From positions 11,611-75,610 of the IMG/VR virus record IMGVR_UViG_3300017544_000199: 64,000 nt of DNA, one strand, 5' to 3'. The notes below the pieces were generated by a model. It saw nothing but the letters and a program-made list of their open reading frames with translations. It made no database searches and was not told where the DNA came from. Shown here in pieces: positions 38,518 through 47,203 of this stretch (positions are counted from its first letter, which is position 1; every line of letters starts with the position of its first letter). The DNA comes from a virus. Position numbers and translations under genes: made by a program.

Positions 38518-39228
38518 CTAATCCGCGATCAGGCCGTATTTCCGAAGCCGGACGGCGATGAACGATTCCGACAGGCCGAATTCGCCGGCGAGCGCGACGA
38601 CGATCGCCTCGATCGCGCTCCAATCGTTCCTGCTCGTCTTCATGCAGGGCGTCGGGGCTTCGCCGCGCCAGGAGATCGACGCCCCCACCGCCGATGCTTC
38701 CCGGATGAAGGCGCGCGTGAATTGCCGCCGCGGCGCCAGAAACGCGCCCATGAACTCGTCCGCGCGCCATTCCCTCCAATCGACCGGCGCGCGGGCCGCG
38801 CGAGCTTCGGCGCGGCTGCGGAACGCGCGCGCCGCCCTGCCCTTCATCGCGGCTGGCATGTCGAAGATGGCGTGTGCGAGCTCGTGCACGGCCGTCGAGC
38901 GAAGCAGTTCGGGCCGGTCTTCGAGCAGGTCCGAGTTCAGGCTGATCATGACCTCGCCCGGCTCCTCGGGATCGTGTTCGCACACGCCCAGCACCGGGCT
39001 CCCTTCCTCGTCGTGAACCGGATGCTCCGCATCCCATACGAGGCGAAGCTGCGTGCCGTTTACACGCAGCCGCGCCGTCCGGCGGAAAAGATCGTCCGGA
39101 TCGACCGGCCGAACCACGAACCCAAGCAACCGCCTTCGCAGATTGGCGCCCAGCGCCCTTATGGCCTCGGCGGAGAGCCGCACCGGCTCGCCGGACCCGA
39201 AGCTCGGATACTCAACGCTCGCCACCAT
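38518..39228 (-). CDS. ImmA/IrrE-family metallopeptidase
   Basis: RSTAVHELAH, EWRADEFMGAFLAP, LAGEFGLSESFI.VRL. Confidence 0.9.
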   Translation of the reverse strand: MVASVEYPSFGSGEPVRLSAEAIRALGANLRRRLLGFVVRPVDPDDLFRRTARLRVNGTQLRLVWDAEHPVHDEEGSPVLGVCEHDPEEPGEVMISLNSDLLEDRPELLRSTAVHELAHAIFDMPAAMKGRAARAFRSRAEARAARAPVDWREWRADEFMGAFLAPRRQFTRAFIREASAVGASISWRGEAPTPCMKTSRNDWSAIEAIVVALAGEFGLSESFIAVRLRKYGLIAD

Positions 39229-39360
39229 CGCGCCTCCTTCCCGGCGGATCGTTAACCGCTTCCTCAACAGCAATGTTCTTCTTACGTTCTTGATAGGCGA
39301 GAGTCCAGACCCTTTCCATTCCCTTCCAATTCCCTCGCGGCGGCGCCCGCGAGCACCCTC

Positions 39361-39393
39361 TTTCCGCCTGTTTCCGCCTGTTTCGGCCTAAGC
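39361..39393 (+). repeat. Three 10-bp-period TTTC(C/G)GCC repeats in divergent promoter region
   Basis: TTTCCGCCTG TTTCCGCCTG TTTCGGCCTA AGC. Confidence 0.75.
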
Positions 39394-39458
39394 CTCGGCG
39401 GCCCTCGCATGTTCGGATCGCGCCGATTTCGATCGGTGCGCCACGGAGGAGGGATTGC

Positions 39459-39698
39459 ATGGATACGCAACAGGATGAGAGCCCGTCGGGAGGCCGCCCG
39501 CTTCTCGACGGATGGCTGACGAGGGCCGAGGTCGCCGCCGAGATAGGCGTCTCGGTGGATACCCTGGCCCGCTGGGAAACCCGCCGGATCGGGCCACCCT
39601 CGGTCCGCATCGGACGCCGGGTCCTCTATCGCGCCCAGGCGTTCCGCGAGTGGCTTGTCGCCAACGAGCGACACACCAATCCGTCGGTGGCGTCATGA
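39459..39698 (+). CDS. Excisionase/AlpA-like HTH protein
   Basis: WLTRAEVAAEIGVSVDTLARW...GPP.VRIGRRVLY. Confidence 0.88.
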   Translation: MDTQQDESPSGGRPLLDGWLTRAEVAAEIGVSVDTLARWETRRIGPPSVRIGRRVLYRAQAFREWLVANERHTNPSVAS

Positions 39699-40063
39699 AC
39701 AGGCCGAGCGAAGCCATACAGCGCTCGGCTTCAAGCGCGCTCCGATCACTCCTTGAGCTGACCTGCGAGGCCCATGCCCCGCACGGGGACGAGATCAGAC
39801 TCACCGAGTTCGCCCTGAACGTCCTCGTCAACGCCATGGCGAAAATCATCCTGGCGGACGCCGCGGCGGAATGCGCGCACCGCTCGGAGAGCGCCGACGA
39901 GAACGCCGTCCGCGTACTCGCCGCGATGAACGCCGCGAAACTCTTCGCGGTCCTTCCGCAGGTCCTTGTCGATTTCATCGAGGCGAACGCGGCCGCCGAG
40001 GCCGCGAACGCAAATCGGATATGCCGGACGAATGCCGCTGTCGGGCGGGGGAGCCTCCAATGA
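39695..40063 (+). CDS. Hypothetical protein
   Basis: ATGA overlaps with both neighbours. Confidence 0.6.
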   Translation: MNRPSEAIQRSASSALRSLLELTCEAHAPHGDEIRLTEFALNVLVNAMAKIILADAAAECAHRSESADENAVRVLAAMNAAKLFAVLPQVLVDFIEANAAAEAANANRICRTNAAVGRGSLQ

Positions 40064-40839
40064 CGAGCTCCTTCGCACGCCACGGCATCGATCATCTTTC
40101 GGCGTCGTCGCTGAACCTGTGGGCCGCACAGCCCGCGCTGTGGATCATGGAGCGGCTTCTCGGCCGCATAACCCCGACGGGCATTCCGGCCGCGCGCGGC
40201 AAGGCGGTCGAGCACGGCGTCCACATCGGGCTGATCGATCCCGCGAAGCCGGCCGACGACTGCGCGGCCGAAGCCGAGCGCGAGTTCAATCGGCTGACCG
40301 CGCTCGCCGGCGATCCGCGTCGCGAGGAGGAACGGCCGAAGATCGGCGGCTATGTGCGCGGCGCGCTCGCCGAGCTTCGGCAATACGGCGTGCCAGACGC
40401 ATATCAGCACCGCGTCGAGCTTCGGCTCGACGACGTTCCGGTGCCGATCATCGGCTTCATCGACTGGCGGTTCTCCGATCACGGCCTGATCGTCGATCTT
40501 AAGACGACCGAACGCTTTCCGTCCGAGATAGGCGATCCCCACGGTCGCCAGGGCGCCGTCTATGCGTCGGCCCACGGCAATTTCGGAATGCGCTTCGCCT
40601 ACGCGAAGCCCGCGCCGGGGAAGAAGGAGCCGCAGCAGGTCCGCGTCTACGAGATGTCCGGCGACGATGTGCGTCGGCATCTCGCCGCGCTGCGCCTCAT
40701 CGCTCTCTCGCTCGGCCGCTTCCTCGCGCTCTCGAACGATCCGCGCGAGCTCGCCGGGCTGATCGTCCCCGACTTCGAAAGCTTCTGGTGGTCCGACCCG
40801 GCCGCGCGCGCGGCGGGCCGGGAGGTCTTCGGTTTTTGA
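40060..40839 (+). CDS. PD-(D/E)XK nuclease (RecB/Cas4-like exonuclease)
   Basis: HLSASSL, GKAVEH, IIGFID...IVDLKT, RQ.AVY. Confidence 0.85.
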   Translation: MTSSFARHGIDHLSASSLNLWAAQPALWIMERLLGRITPTGIPAARGKAVEHGVHIGLIDPAKPADDCAAEAEREFNRLTALAGDPRREEERPKIGGYVRGALAELRQYGVPDAYQHRVELRLDDVPVPIIGFIDWRFSDHGLIVDLKTTERFPSEIGDPHGRQGAVYASAHGNFGMRFAYAKPAPGKKEPQQVRVYEMSGDDVRRHLAALRLIALSLGRFLALSNDPRELAGLIVPDFESFWWSDPAARAAGREVFGF

Positions 40840-40847
40840 GGCGCGCG

Positions 40848-41339
40848 ATGTCCGAAGCCCGAAAGATCATGCTTACGCGGTGCCTGTTCGCAACCGTCGA
40901 TGTCGAAGACTTCGACCGGTTCGCCGCCTTCAAATGGCAGTCCTGCAATGTAAGCGGCGACAAGTGGTACGCGAGCCGCGCGGTGAAGATCGGCGGAGTA
41001 TCGCGCACCATCTACCTGCACCGTGCCGTTCTGAATCCACCGGATGGGATGGATGTCGATCATATCGACGGGAATGGCCTCAACAATCGCAGAGCTAATC
41101 TGCGCATCTGCCACCGCGCGCAAAACGTCCAGAACCAAAAGAAGACGCGCGGATCGTCGCTATTCAAGGGCGTGTCTTGGCACGCCGCCGCCGGCAAGTG
41201 GATGGCCTGCGTCAACGCTAATGGCCGGCGCTTCTATCTAGGCATCTTTGAAAACGAGATTGACGCGGCGCGCGCATACGACGCCGCCGCGATCACCCTA
41301 TTCGGCGAGTTTGCTCGGCCGAATTTTGCGCAACGCTAA
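40848..41339 (+). CDS. HNH-AP2 homing endonuclease
   Basis: YLHRAVL, VDHIDGNGLNNRRANLR, FKGVSW...YLG.F..EIDAARAYD..A...FGEFA. Confidence 0.92.
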   Translation: MSEARKIMLTRCLFATVDVEDFDRFAAFKWQSCNVSGDKWYASRAVKIGGVSRTIYLHRAVLNPPDGMDVDHIDGNGLNNRRANLRICHRAQNVQNQKKTRGSSLFKGVSWHAAAGKWMACVNANGRRFYLGIFENEIDAARAYDAAAITLFGEFARPNFAQR

Positions 41340-41358
41340 AAGCAAGAGGAAAACGACA

Positions 41359-41985
41359 ATGCTCAATATCGGTGGTTCTGGAACGGTAAAGCCATGGGTC
41401 AAATTTAACAGCAAGGCGGATAAGTGGTTCGTCCGCGGCCCCGAGGGCGGCGACCAGGAAATCGCCCGCCCCACCTTCCTTATCGATCTCAAGAACATCG
41501 CGACCGGCTGGTTTCGGTTCGCGCAGGGCCAGGCGCCGGAGCGCGTGATCGATCCCTCGCTCAATCAGATCGCGCCGTCGCCGGGCGACGGCTTCAAGCG
41601 CGGTTTCGTCGTGATGTGCTTCTCGCAGAAATTCTTCGGCGGCGCGGTCGAAATGAGCGGCGCCTCGCTTCATCTGTCAAACGCGATCCGCGATGTCTAC
41701 GCGAAGTTCGTCGAGGAAGAAGCCAAGCCCGAAAATCGCGGCAAGGTGCCGGTGATCGCCTGCGTCGGCTCGGACGCGATGAAGGACAAGCACGGTCTGA
41801 ACTATCGGCCCCGTTTCGAGCTCGTCAAATTCGCCGATCGCCCCGCCGAACTGCCCGACGCCTCGCCGGTGGACGATGCCGATGTCTGGAAGGGCGCGTA
41901 TCAGCCGCAGCAGGCCGCGCGGCACGTTCCGCCGCCCGCGGCGAAGGCGCCCGCGGCCGATCCGGCTCTCGATACGGAGTTCTGA
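41359..41985 (+). CDS. Hypothetical, possible ssDNA-binding/annealing protein
   Basis: Aromatic beta-rich body, Pro/Ala linker, acidic end DTEF; follows exonuclease. Confidence 0.55.
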   Translation: MLNIGGSGTVKPWVKFNSKADKWFVRGPEGGDQEIARPTFLIDLKNIATGWFRFAQGQAPERVIDPSLNQIAPSPGDGFKRGFVVMCFSQKFFGGAVEMSGASLHLSNAIRDVYAKFVEEEAKPENRGKVPVIACVGSDAMKDKHGLNYRPRFELVKFADRPAELPDASPVDDADVWKGAYQPQQAARHVPPPAAKAPAADPALDTEF

Positions 41986-41987
41986 CC

Positions 41988-42593
41988 GTGACCGAGGGGC
42001 ACAACGGCGGCGCTGCCGCGGACATACTCGTCGAGTTCGTCGAGGACATCGAAGGACTCGAAATCGAGAAGCAGGCGATTGCCGACAGGATCAAGGCGGT
42101 CAAGGCCCGCGCGCGCAGCGCGGGCTTCGACACCAAGGTTCTGAACCAGATGCTCCGCGAGCGGCGCATGTCGCAGCTCGAACGGGAAGAATTCCAGGCG
42201 CTCTGCGAAATGTATCGCGCGGCGCTGGGGATGCTGAACGGAACGCCGCTCGGCGAAGCCGCGCGCAGGCGCCTCATGGGCAAGCTCCCGCCGAAGCCGG
42301 ACGAGCCGGCGAACGAGGAGCCGCCAGTCGCGCCCGATGAGGCTTCCAACACCGAGGACCTCGAAGCGGCGCGCGCGGCTGGCCGCGCCGCCGCGCGCGA
42401 AGGCAAGCGCATCGTCGATAATCCCTACACGGCCGGCGATCCGCGCCGCGCCGCGTGGGACGAGGGTTGGTGCGCCGAGACGGGCACCGACGGCATGGAA
42501 GTACCCGCGGCATGGCGGCGGCAGTCGGCGAAGAAAAAGAAGAAACCCGAAGGCGACGAAAAGCCGGAAGGCGGTGAAGGGGGCGAAGGATGA
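41988..42593 (+). CDS. GapR-like (DUF2312) protein with C-terminal Rmf-like motif
   Basis: FVEDIEGLEIEKQAIADRIK.V...A.S.GFDTKVL...YRAALGM; GR.AAREGK....NPY......AW..GW. Confidence 0.8.
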   Translation: MTEGHNGGAAADILVEFVEDIEGLEIEKQAIADRIKAVKARARSAGFDTKVLNQMLRERRMSQLEREEFQALCEMYRAALGMLNGTPLGEAARRRLMGKLPPKPDEPANEEPPVAPDEASNTEDLEAARAAGRAAAREGKRIVDNPYTAGDPRRAAWDEGWCAETGTDGMEVPAAWRRQSAKKKKKPEGDEKPEGGEGGEG

Positions 42594-43498
42594 GCCGCGA
42601 TCCCTTCCGCCGCGCCGCCGGCGACGACATCAAACGCGCGCTTTCCAAGTTCGCCGACGTGCTCATGCCGCAGGAAGCGGAAGAGCCGATCCTGGCGCCG
42701 AACGTGCGCGCCGCTGTCTTCGAGTGGCTGACCGAGGTCCGCGCAGCCGACGACCTCAAGGCGGTCGGCATCAAGCCGCGGCGCACGGCGCTTCTCTACG
42801 GGCCGCCCGGCTGCGGAAAGACGACGCTCGCGCACCATTTCGCGGCGCGGCTCGGCCTGCCGCTGGCCTGCGTCCGATCCGAAAGTCTGGTCTCCGCCTA
42901 TCTCGGATCGACCGGCCAGAACATCGGCCAGCTTTTCGACGCCATGGCCGAGACCGAGGGCAAGGTCGTCGTCTTCTTCGACGAGGTGGACGCACTCGGC
43001 GGCCGGCGCATGAACGATCAGGGCGCGTCCGTCGAACGGGCGAACTCGTTGAACGTGCTTCTGCGTCGCATCGAGCGGTTCGACGGCATCGCGATCGCGG
43101 CGACGAACCGGCAGGACTTCCTCGACAGCGCATTGTGGCGGCGCTTCGACATGCAGATTTCCGTCGATCTGCCAACGGCGGACGAGCGGTTCGCAATCAT
43201 CAAGCGATACGCCGCGCCCTTCGATCCGCCGGACGACGATGTCGATCTGCTCGTCGATCTTACAGTCGGCGCGTCGCCCGCATTGCTTCGCGCGCTCATG
43301 GAAGGCGTCAAGCGGACGCTGATCGTCGGGCCGAAGACGGGGCGCGGGATCGACGATCCCGCGTCGGTGTTCGCGGCTGTGGTCGCGTCCGTGGCGCCCG
43401 CGCCCGAATACGAGCCGCCGCCGCTTTGGCAGGAGACTCCGTTCCCGAAGGAGATCGCGCTTCTCACGTGGCCGATGCCGCGGAAGGGAGGCGCGTGA
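42590..43498 (+). CDS. AAA+ ATPase
   Basis: LLYGPPGCGKT, FFDEVD, AATNR...LD.ALWRRFD. Confidence 0.93.
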   Translation: MSRDPFRRAAGDDIKRALSKFADVLMPQEAEEPILAPNVRAAVFEWLTEVRAADDLKAVGIKPRRTALLYGPPGCGKTTLAHHFAARLGLPLACVRSESLVSAYLGSTGQNIGQLFDAMAETEGKVVVFFDEVDALGGRRMNDQGASVERANSLNVLLRRIERFDGIAIAATNRQDFLDSALWRRFDMQISVDLPTADERFAIIKRYAAPFDPPDDDVDLLVDLTVGASPALLRALMEGVKRTLIVGPKTGRGIDDPASVFAAVVASVAPAPEYEPPPLWQETPFPKEIALLTWPMPRKGGA

Positions 43499-43770
43499 TG
43501 GAAGCCATTTCCCTTGACGCCCAAATCGCCTGCGTGCGCCGCGAAATCGGAATGCGGGAGCGCGTCTATCCGAAATGGGTGAGCGCCGGCCGCATGAAGC
43601 AGGACGCCGCCGACCGCGAGCTCGCCGCCATGCGCGCGGTGCTCGCGACGCTTGAGATGCTGGCAACCCTGCCCGGCAAGATCGCATATCAACTCACCAA
43701 GCGGCTCGTCATCGACATGCCCTCTGCGCGCGCCGCCGTCGATGCGGCGCTTGAGGAGGTAACAGGATGA
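43498..43770 (+). CDS. Phage hypothetical protein
   Basis: QIACVRREIGMRERVYPKWV..GRM; coupled to both neighbours. Confidence 0.7.
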   Translation: MEAISLDAQIACVRREIGMRERVYPKWVSAGRMKQDAADRELAAMRAVLATLEMLATLPGKIAYQLTKRLVIDMPSARAAVDAALEEVTG

Positions 43771-44360
43771 CCGCAACAACCGCGATCTCCGCCTATCCGC
43801 TCTGCTGGCCGCCGAACGTGCCGCGCGCGCAGCGTCGCGAAGCCGGCAGCTTCAAGACCTCGCTCGCCGGCGCGCTTCGCAACGTCGAGGACTCGCTTCG
43901 CCTGTTCGGACGGGATTCGAGCAAGCCGGTTTCGAACCTCGTCCTCTCGTCGAACGTCACGCTCGGCGTCCATCGCCCGGAAGACCCCGGCGTCGCCGTC
44001 TGGTTCGTGTGGGACGGCATTCAGGTCTGCATCCCGGTCGATCGCTACGCGACGCCGGAAGCCAACCTCCAGGCGATCCACCACATCGTCGAGGCGCGCC
44101 GGGTCGAACTCCGGCACGGCACGCTCGCGCTCGTGCGCGCCTCGTTCCAGGGCTTCCGCGCGCTGCCGTCACCAAACGGAACGCGATCGTGGCGGGAAGT
44201 GCTCAACCTTCTGGGCGAGCCAAATCCGACACGCGAGCAAGTCGAACATCACTACAAGATCAGAGCCCGGTCCGCTCATCCCGACGCCGGCGGATCGAAC
44301 GAAGCGATGGCTGAATTGAACGCCGCGCGCGAGGCGGCGCTCAAGGAGGTGGTCCAATGA
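43767..44360 (+). CDS. Protein with C-terminal J-domain
   Basis: AYPLCWP...; WREVL...YK..A...HPDAGGS..AMAELN.A. Confidence 0.85.
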   Translation: MTATTAISAYPLCWPPNVPRAQRREAGSFKTSLAGALRNVEDSLRLFGRDSSKPVSNLVLSSNVTLGVHRPEDPGVAVWFVWDGIQVCIPVDRYATPEANLQAIHHIVEARRVELRHGTLALVRASFQGFRALPSPNGTRSWREVLNLLGEPNPTREQVEHHYKIRARSAHPDAGGSNEAMAELNAAREAALKEVVQ

Positions 44361-44827
44361 CCGCGCTCGATCTTCAGCGGCCCAACTGGCCGCCGGAAGC
44401 GGTCGAACGCCTCCGCGAGCTTTGCAAGGCGGGGCTCTCGGCCCGCATGTGCGCCCGCGCGCTCGAACAAGAATTCGGCATGCGCGTCACGCGCAACGCG
44501 GTGCTCGGCAAGATATGGCGGCTCGGCCTCACGGGCCGGCGCGTCGCCGTCCGCCAGCGCGCGGCATCGTCCCCGCGAAAGCGCAGCGTCCGGGTCAGGC
44601 CGCGCCGCTCGCTCCCGTTTGCGGGCTCGCCGCCGCAGGAAATCGTCCCCTGCCCGACCGCGCTGTTCGATCTCCGACGCGATCAGTGCCGATGGCCCGT
44701 CGGCGATCCGCGGACGCCGGAATTCCATTTCTGCGGCGCCCGGCGCCTGGAGCCTTTCCCCTACTGCGACGGGCACGCTCGCATCGCCTATTGCCGCGAC
44801 GACGCGCACGAAGAGCACCCGGCATGA
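44357..44827 (+). CDS. gcrA: GcrA-family cell-cycle regulator homolog
   Basis: W..E.VERLREL...GLSA...TRNAVLGKIWRLGL; CRWPVGDP....FHFCG......PYC..H. Confidence 0.88.
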   Translation: MTALDLQRPNWPPEAVERLRELCKAGLSARMCARALEQEFGMRVTRNAVLGKIWRLGLTGRRVAVRQRAASSPRKRSVRVRPRRSLPFAGSPPQEIVPCPTALFDLRRDQCRWPVGDPRTPEFHFCGARRLEPFPYCDGHARIAYCRDDAHEEHPA

Positions 44828-45018
44828 GCATCGAGCGCATAAAGGGCTGCATCGCCTTCGTCTGCGACAATTGCGACGAAGGACTCGAAACCGAGGAACG
44901 GGATTTCGCCGCCGCGCGCGAGGCGACGGCCGCGGAAGGATGGATCGTCCGCCGCCTGCGCGGCGAATGGAAACATTTCTGCTCCGCCGCCTGCGCGAAG
45001 GCATCTACGTCTGCCTGA
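44824..45018 (+). CDS. Small Zn-finger protein
   Basis: CDNC ... GW ... HFCSAAC; ATGA-coupled. Confidence 0.6.
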   Translation: MSIERIKGCIAFVCDNCDEGLETEERDFAAAREATAAEGWIVRRLRGEWKHFCSAACAKASTSA

Positions 45019-45019
45019 A

Positions 45020-47203
45020 ATGTCCAGCGCCGTGGACCCCATCCTTTCGCCCGATCCCGAAGCGATGCGAAGGCATCTTGAGCATGTCTTCCTCGGCGAT
45101 CTCGACGGCGCGCACGACGGCTTGATCGAACTCGCGTGGAACGACGAGCGCACCGGCGCGCTGTCCGCCGCCGAACTCTTTTCCACGGACCGCATCGACG
45201 ATCTCGTCGAGCGCGCCGCCGATCTGAACCGGACGCCGGGCGTCAACGTCTATGTCGGCGCGGCGCTGCGCAAACCGCTCACGCGACAGGCCCGGCGCGC
45301 CGCCGACGCGGACTTCCACGCCGCGAGCTGCCTTTGGGCGGATGTGGACTCCGATGTCGTCGCGCCGGCCATCGCCTCGTGCAAGCGCCGTGGCGTTCCG
45401 CCGACCATGACCGTCGTCACCGGCCGGCATCCGCACCTGCGCGCGCAGATGTGGTGGCGGCTCGACGTGCCCGCCCGCGATCCCGCCGCCCTGCGCGCGC
45501 TGTGCGCCAGCATCGCCGCGGCGCTCGGCGGCGATCCGTCCGTCGTCAATCCCGGCCGCGTCCTCCGCCTCGGCGGCTCCGTCGCGTGGCCCACCAAGGA
45601 CGGCCGCGTGCTCGAGCGCACCGAGGTCCACATCCCCGACGACGGCCGCCCGCGCGAATACTTCCTCGAACAGCTTGCGCGCGCCTTCGCGCCCGAACCC
45701 GGCCCGCTCATGTCGGGACAGGCGGAAACGTCCGCGCCCATTCCGCCCGTTTCCGCCCAACCGCGCCACGACGGCGGGCTCGCCATCGGAAGCCTCTCGG
45801 TCGAGTCCGCGGTCGAGGCCGTCCGGCGCGGCGACCGCTGGCACGATCACGTCGTCCGCCTCGTCGCGCACTGGCTCGCGCGCGGATGGTCCGACGCGGA
45901 AATCCTCGCCACCGCCGAATCCCTCACGCTGCCGGGCTGGACCCACGACCAGACGCGCCGCGACCTCGCGCGCATGATCGAGGGCGGCCGGCGCAAGTGG
46001 AATATCCCGAACCCTCTGCATGAGGTCGGCGACAGCGACCCGCCGCCGCCTCTCGACATCGCCTGGGTCGATCGCCTCAACGCCGCGATGATCCCGCGGC
46101 GGCGGTGGCTGATCGGCTCCTTCGCCATCCGCGGCCACGTCACCGTCCTTGTCGCGCCGCCCGGCGCCGGCAAGTCCACGCTCGGCATCGCGCTCGCCAC
46201 GGCTGCGGCCACCGGCCGCGAGGAACTCGTCGGCGAAACCGTGCACGAGCCCGTCAAGGCGTGGGTCTGGAACAACGAGGACGACGCGGACGAACTGCGC
46301 CGCCGGCTCGCCGCCGTCATCCAGCGGTGGGGCATCGACCTCGACGCGATCCGCCACCGCCTCGGCCTCAATTCCGGCGCCGACCGCCCGCTGCTCGTGG
46401 CGCGCGGCGGCCGCGACGGCGCCGTGGCGCGCCTCCCCGACATCGACGCCATAGCCGAACGCGTCCGCGCGAGCGGCATCGGCCTGCTCGTCGTCGATCC
46501 CTTCGTCGAGACCCACGAGGTGGACGAGAATGACAACGCGCAGATCAAGGCCGTCGCGGTCATGTGGCGCGAGGTCGCCCGCCGCTGCGACTGCGCCGTC
46601 GTCCTCGTCCATCATACCGGCAAGCCACCCGCCGCCGCGCCCGACGCCTGGGCGGGCTCGCTTTCCGCCTCTCGCGGCGCATCGTCCCTCGGCGGTGTCG
46701 CCCGCATCGTGCGGACGCTCTTCTGCATGTCCGAACGCGACGCGGAGAAGCTCGGCCTGGCGCCCGAAGACCGCCACCGCTGGGTCCGCCTCGACGACGC
46801 CAAGGCGAACCTGTCGCTCTCCGAGAGCGCGAAGTGGTTCAGGCGCGAATCCGTCACCATCGCCAACGGCGACGAGGTCGGCGTGCTCGTGCCCGGCGAT
46901 CCGAAGCCCGAAACCACCGGCGCCGATTTCGACGCCATCCGCGAGGCGCTGCTCGACGCCATCGGGAAGGCCTGGGACGGCGGGAACCCGCTCAGTCAGC
47001 ATCCCCGCGCCAAGGATCGCTACGCGCCGGCGAAGGTCGCGCGCGAGATCGGCGCGTCGATTGACGACGTTCAGACGGTCCTTGCCCGGCTCATATCGGC
47101 CGGCGTCGTCCGCGAGGAACTCTTCGACAGCAGCAGGAAGAAATACGGGCTGCGGATCGTGCCGTTCGACGAGCGCCCGCCGCCGGAAGGGAGGGAGGAA
47201 TGA
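45020..47203 (+). CDS. Primase-helicase (RepB-like primase + AAA_25/RepA helicase + wHTH)
   Basis: NVYVG, WADVD, GDPSVVNPGRVLRLGGS; APPGAGKST, VVDPF, LVHHTGK, SRGASS. Confidence 0.88.
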   Translation: MSSAVDPILSPDPEAMRRHLEHVFLGDLDGAHDGLIELAWNDERTGALSAAELFSTDRIDDLVERAADLNRTPGVNVYVGAALRKPLTRQARRAADADFHAASCLWADVDSDVVAPAIASCKRRGVPPTMTVVTGRHPHLRAQMWWRLDVPARDPAALRALCASIAAALGGDPSVVNPGRVLRLGGSVAWPTKDGRVLERTEVHIPDDGRPREYFLEQLARAFAPEPGPLMSGQAETSAPIPPVSAQPRHDGGLAIGSLSVESAVEAVRRGDRWHDHVVRLVAHWLARGWSDAEILATAESLTLPGWTHDQTRRDLARMIEGGRRKWNIPNPLHEVGDSDPPPPLDIAWVDRLNAAMIPRRRWLIGSFAIRGHVTVLVAPPGAGKSTLGIALATAAATGREELVGETVHEPVKAWVWNNEDDADELRRRLAAVIQRWGIDLDAIRHRLGLNSGADRPLLVARGGRDGAVARLPDIDAIAERVRASGIGLLVVDPFVETHEVDENDNAQIKAVAVMWREVARRCDCAVVLVHHTGKPPAAAPDAWAGSLSASRGASSLGGVARIVRTLFCMSERDAEKLGLAPEDRHRWVRLDDAKANLSLSESAKWFRRESVTIANGDEVGVLVPGDPKPETTGADFDAIREALLDAIGKAWDGGNPLSQHPRAKDRYAPAKVAREIGASIDDVQTVLARLISAGVVREELFDSSRKKYGLRIVPFDERPPPEGREE

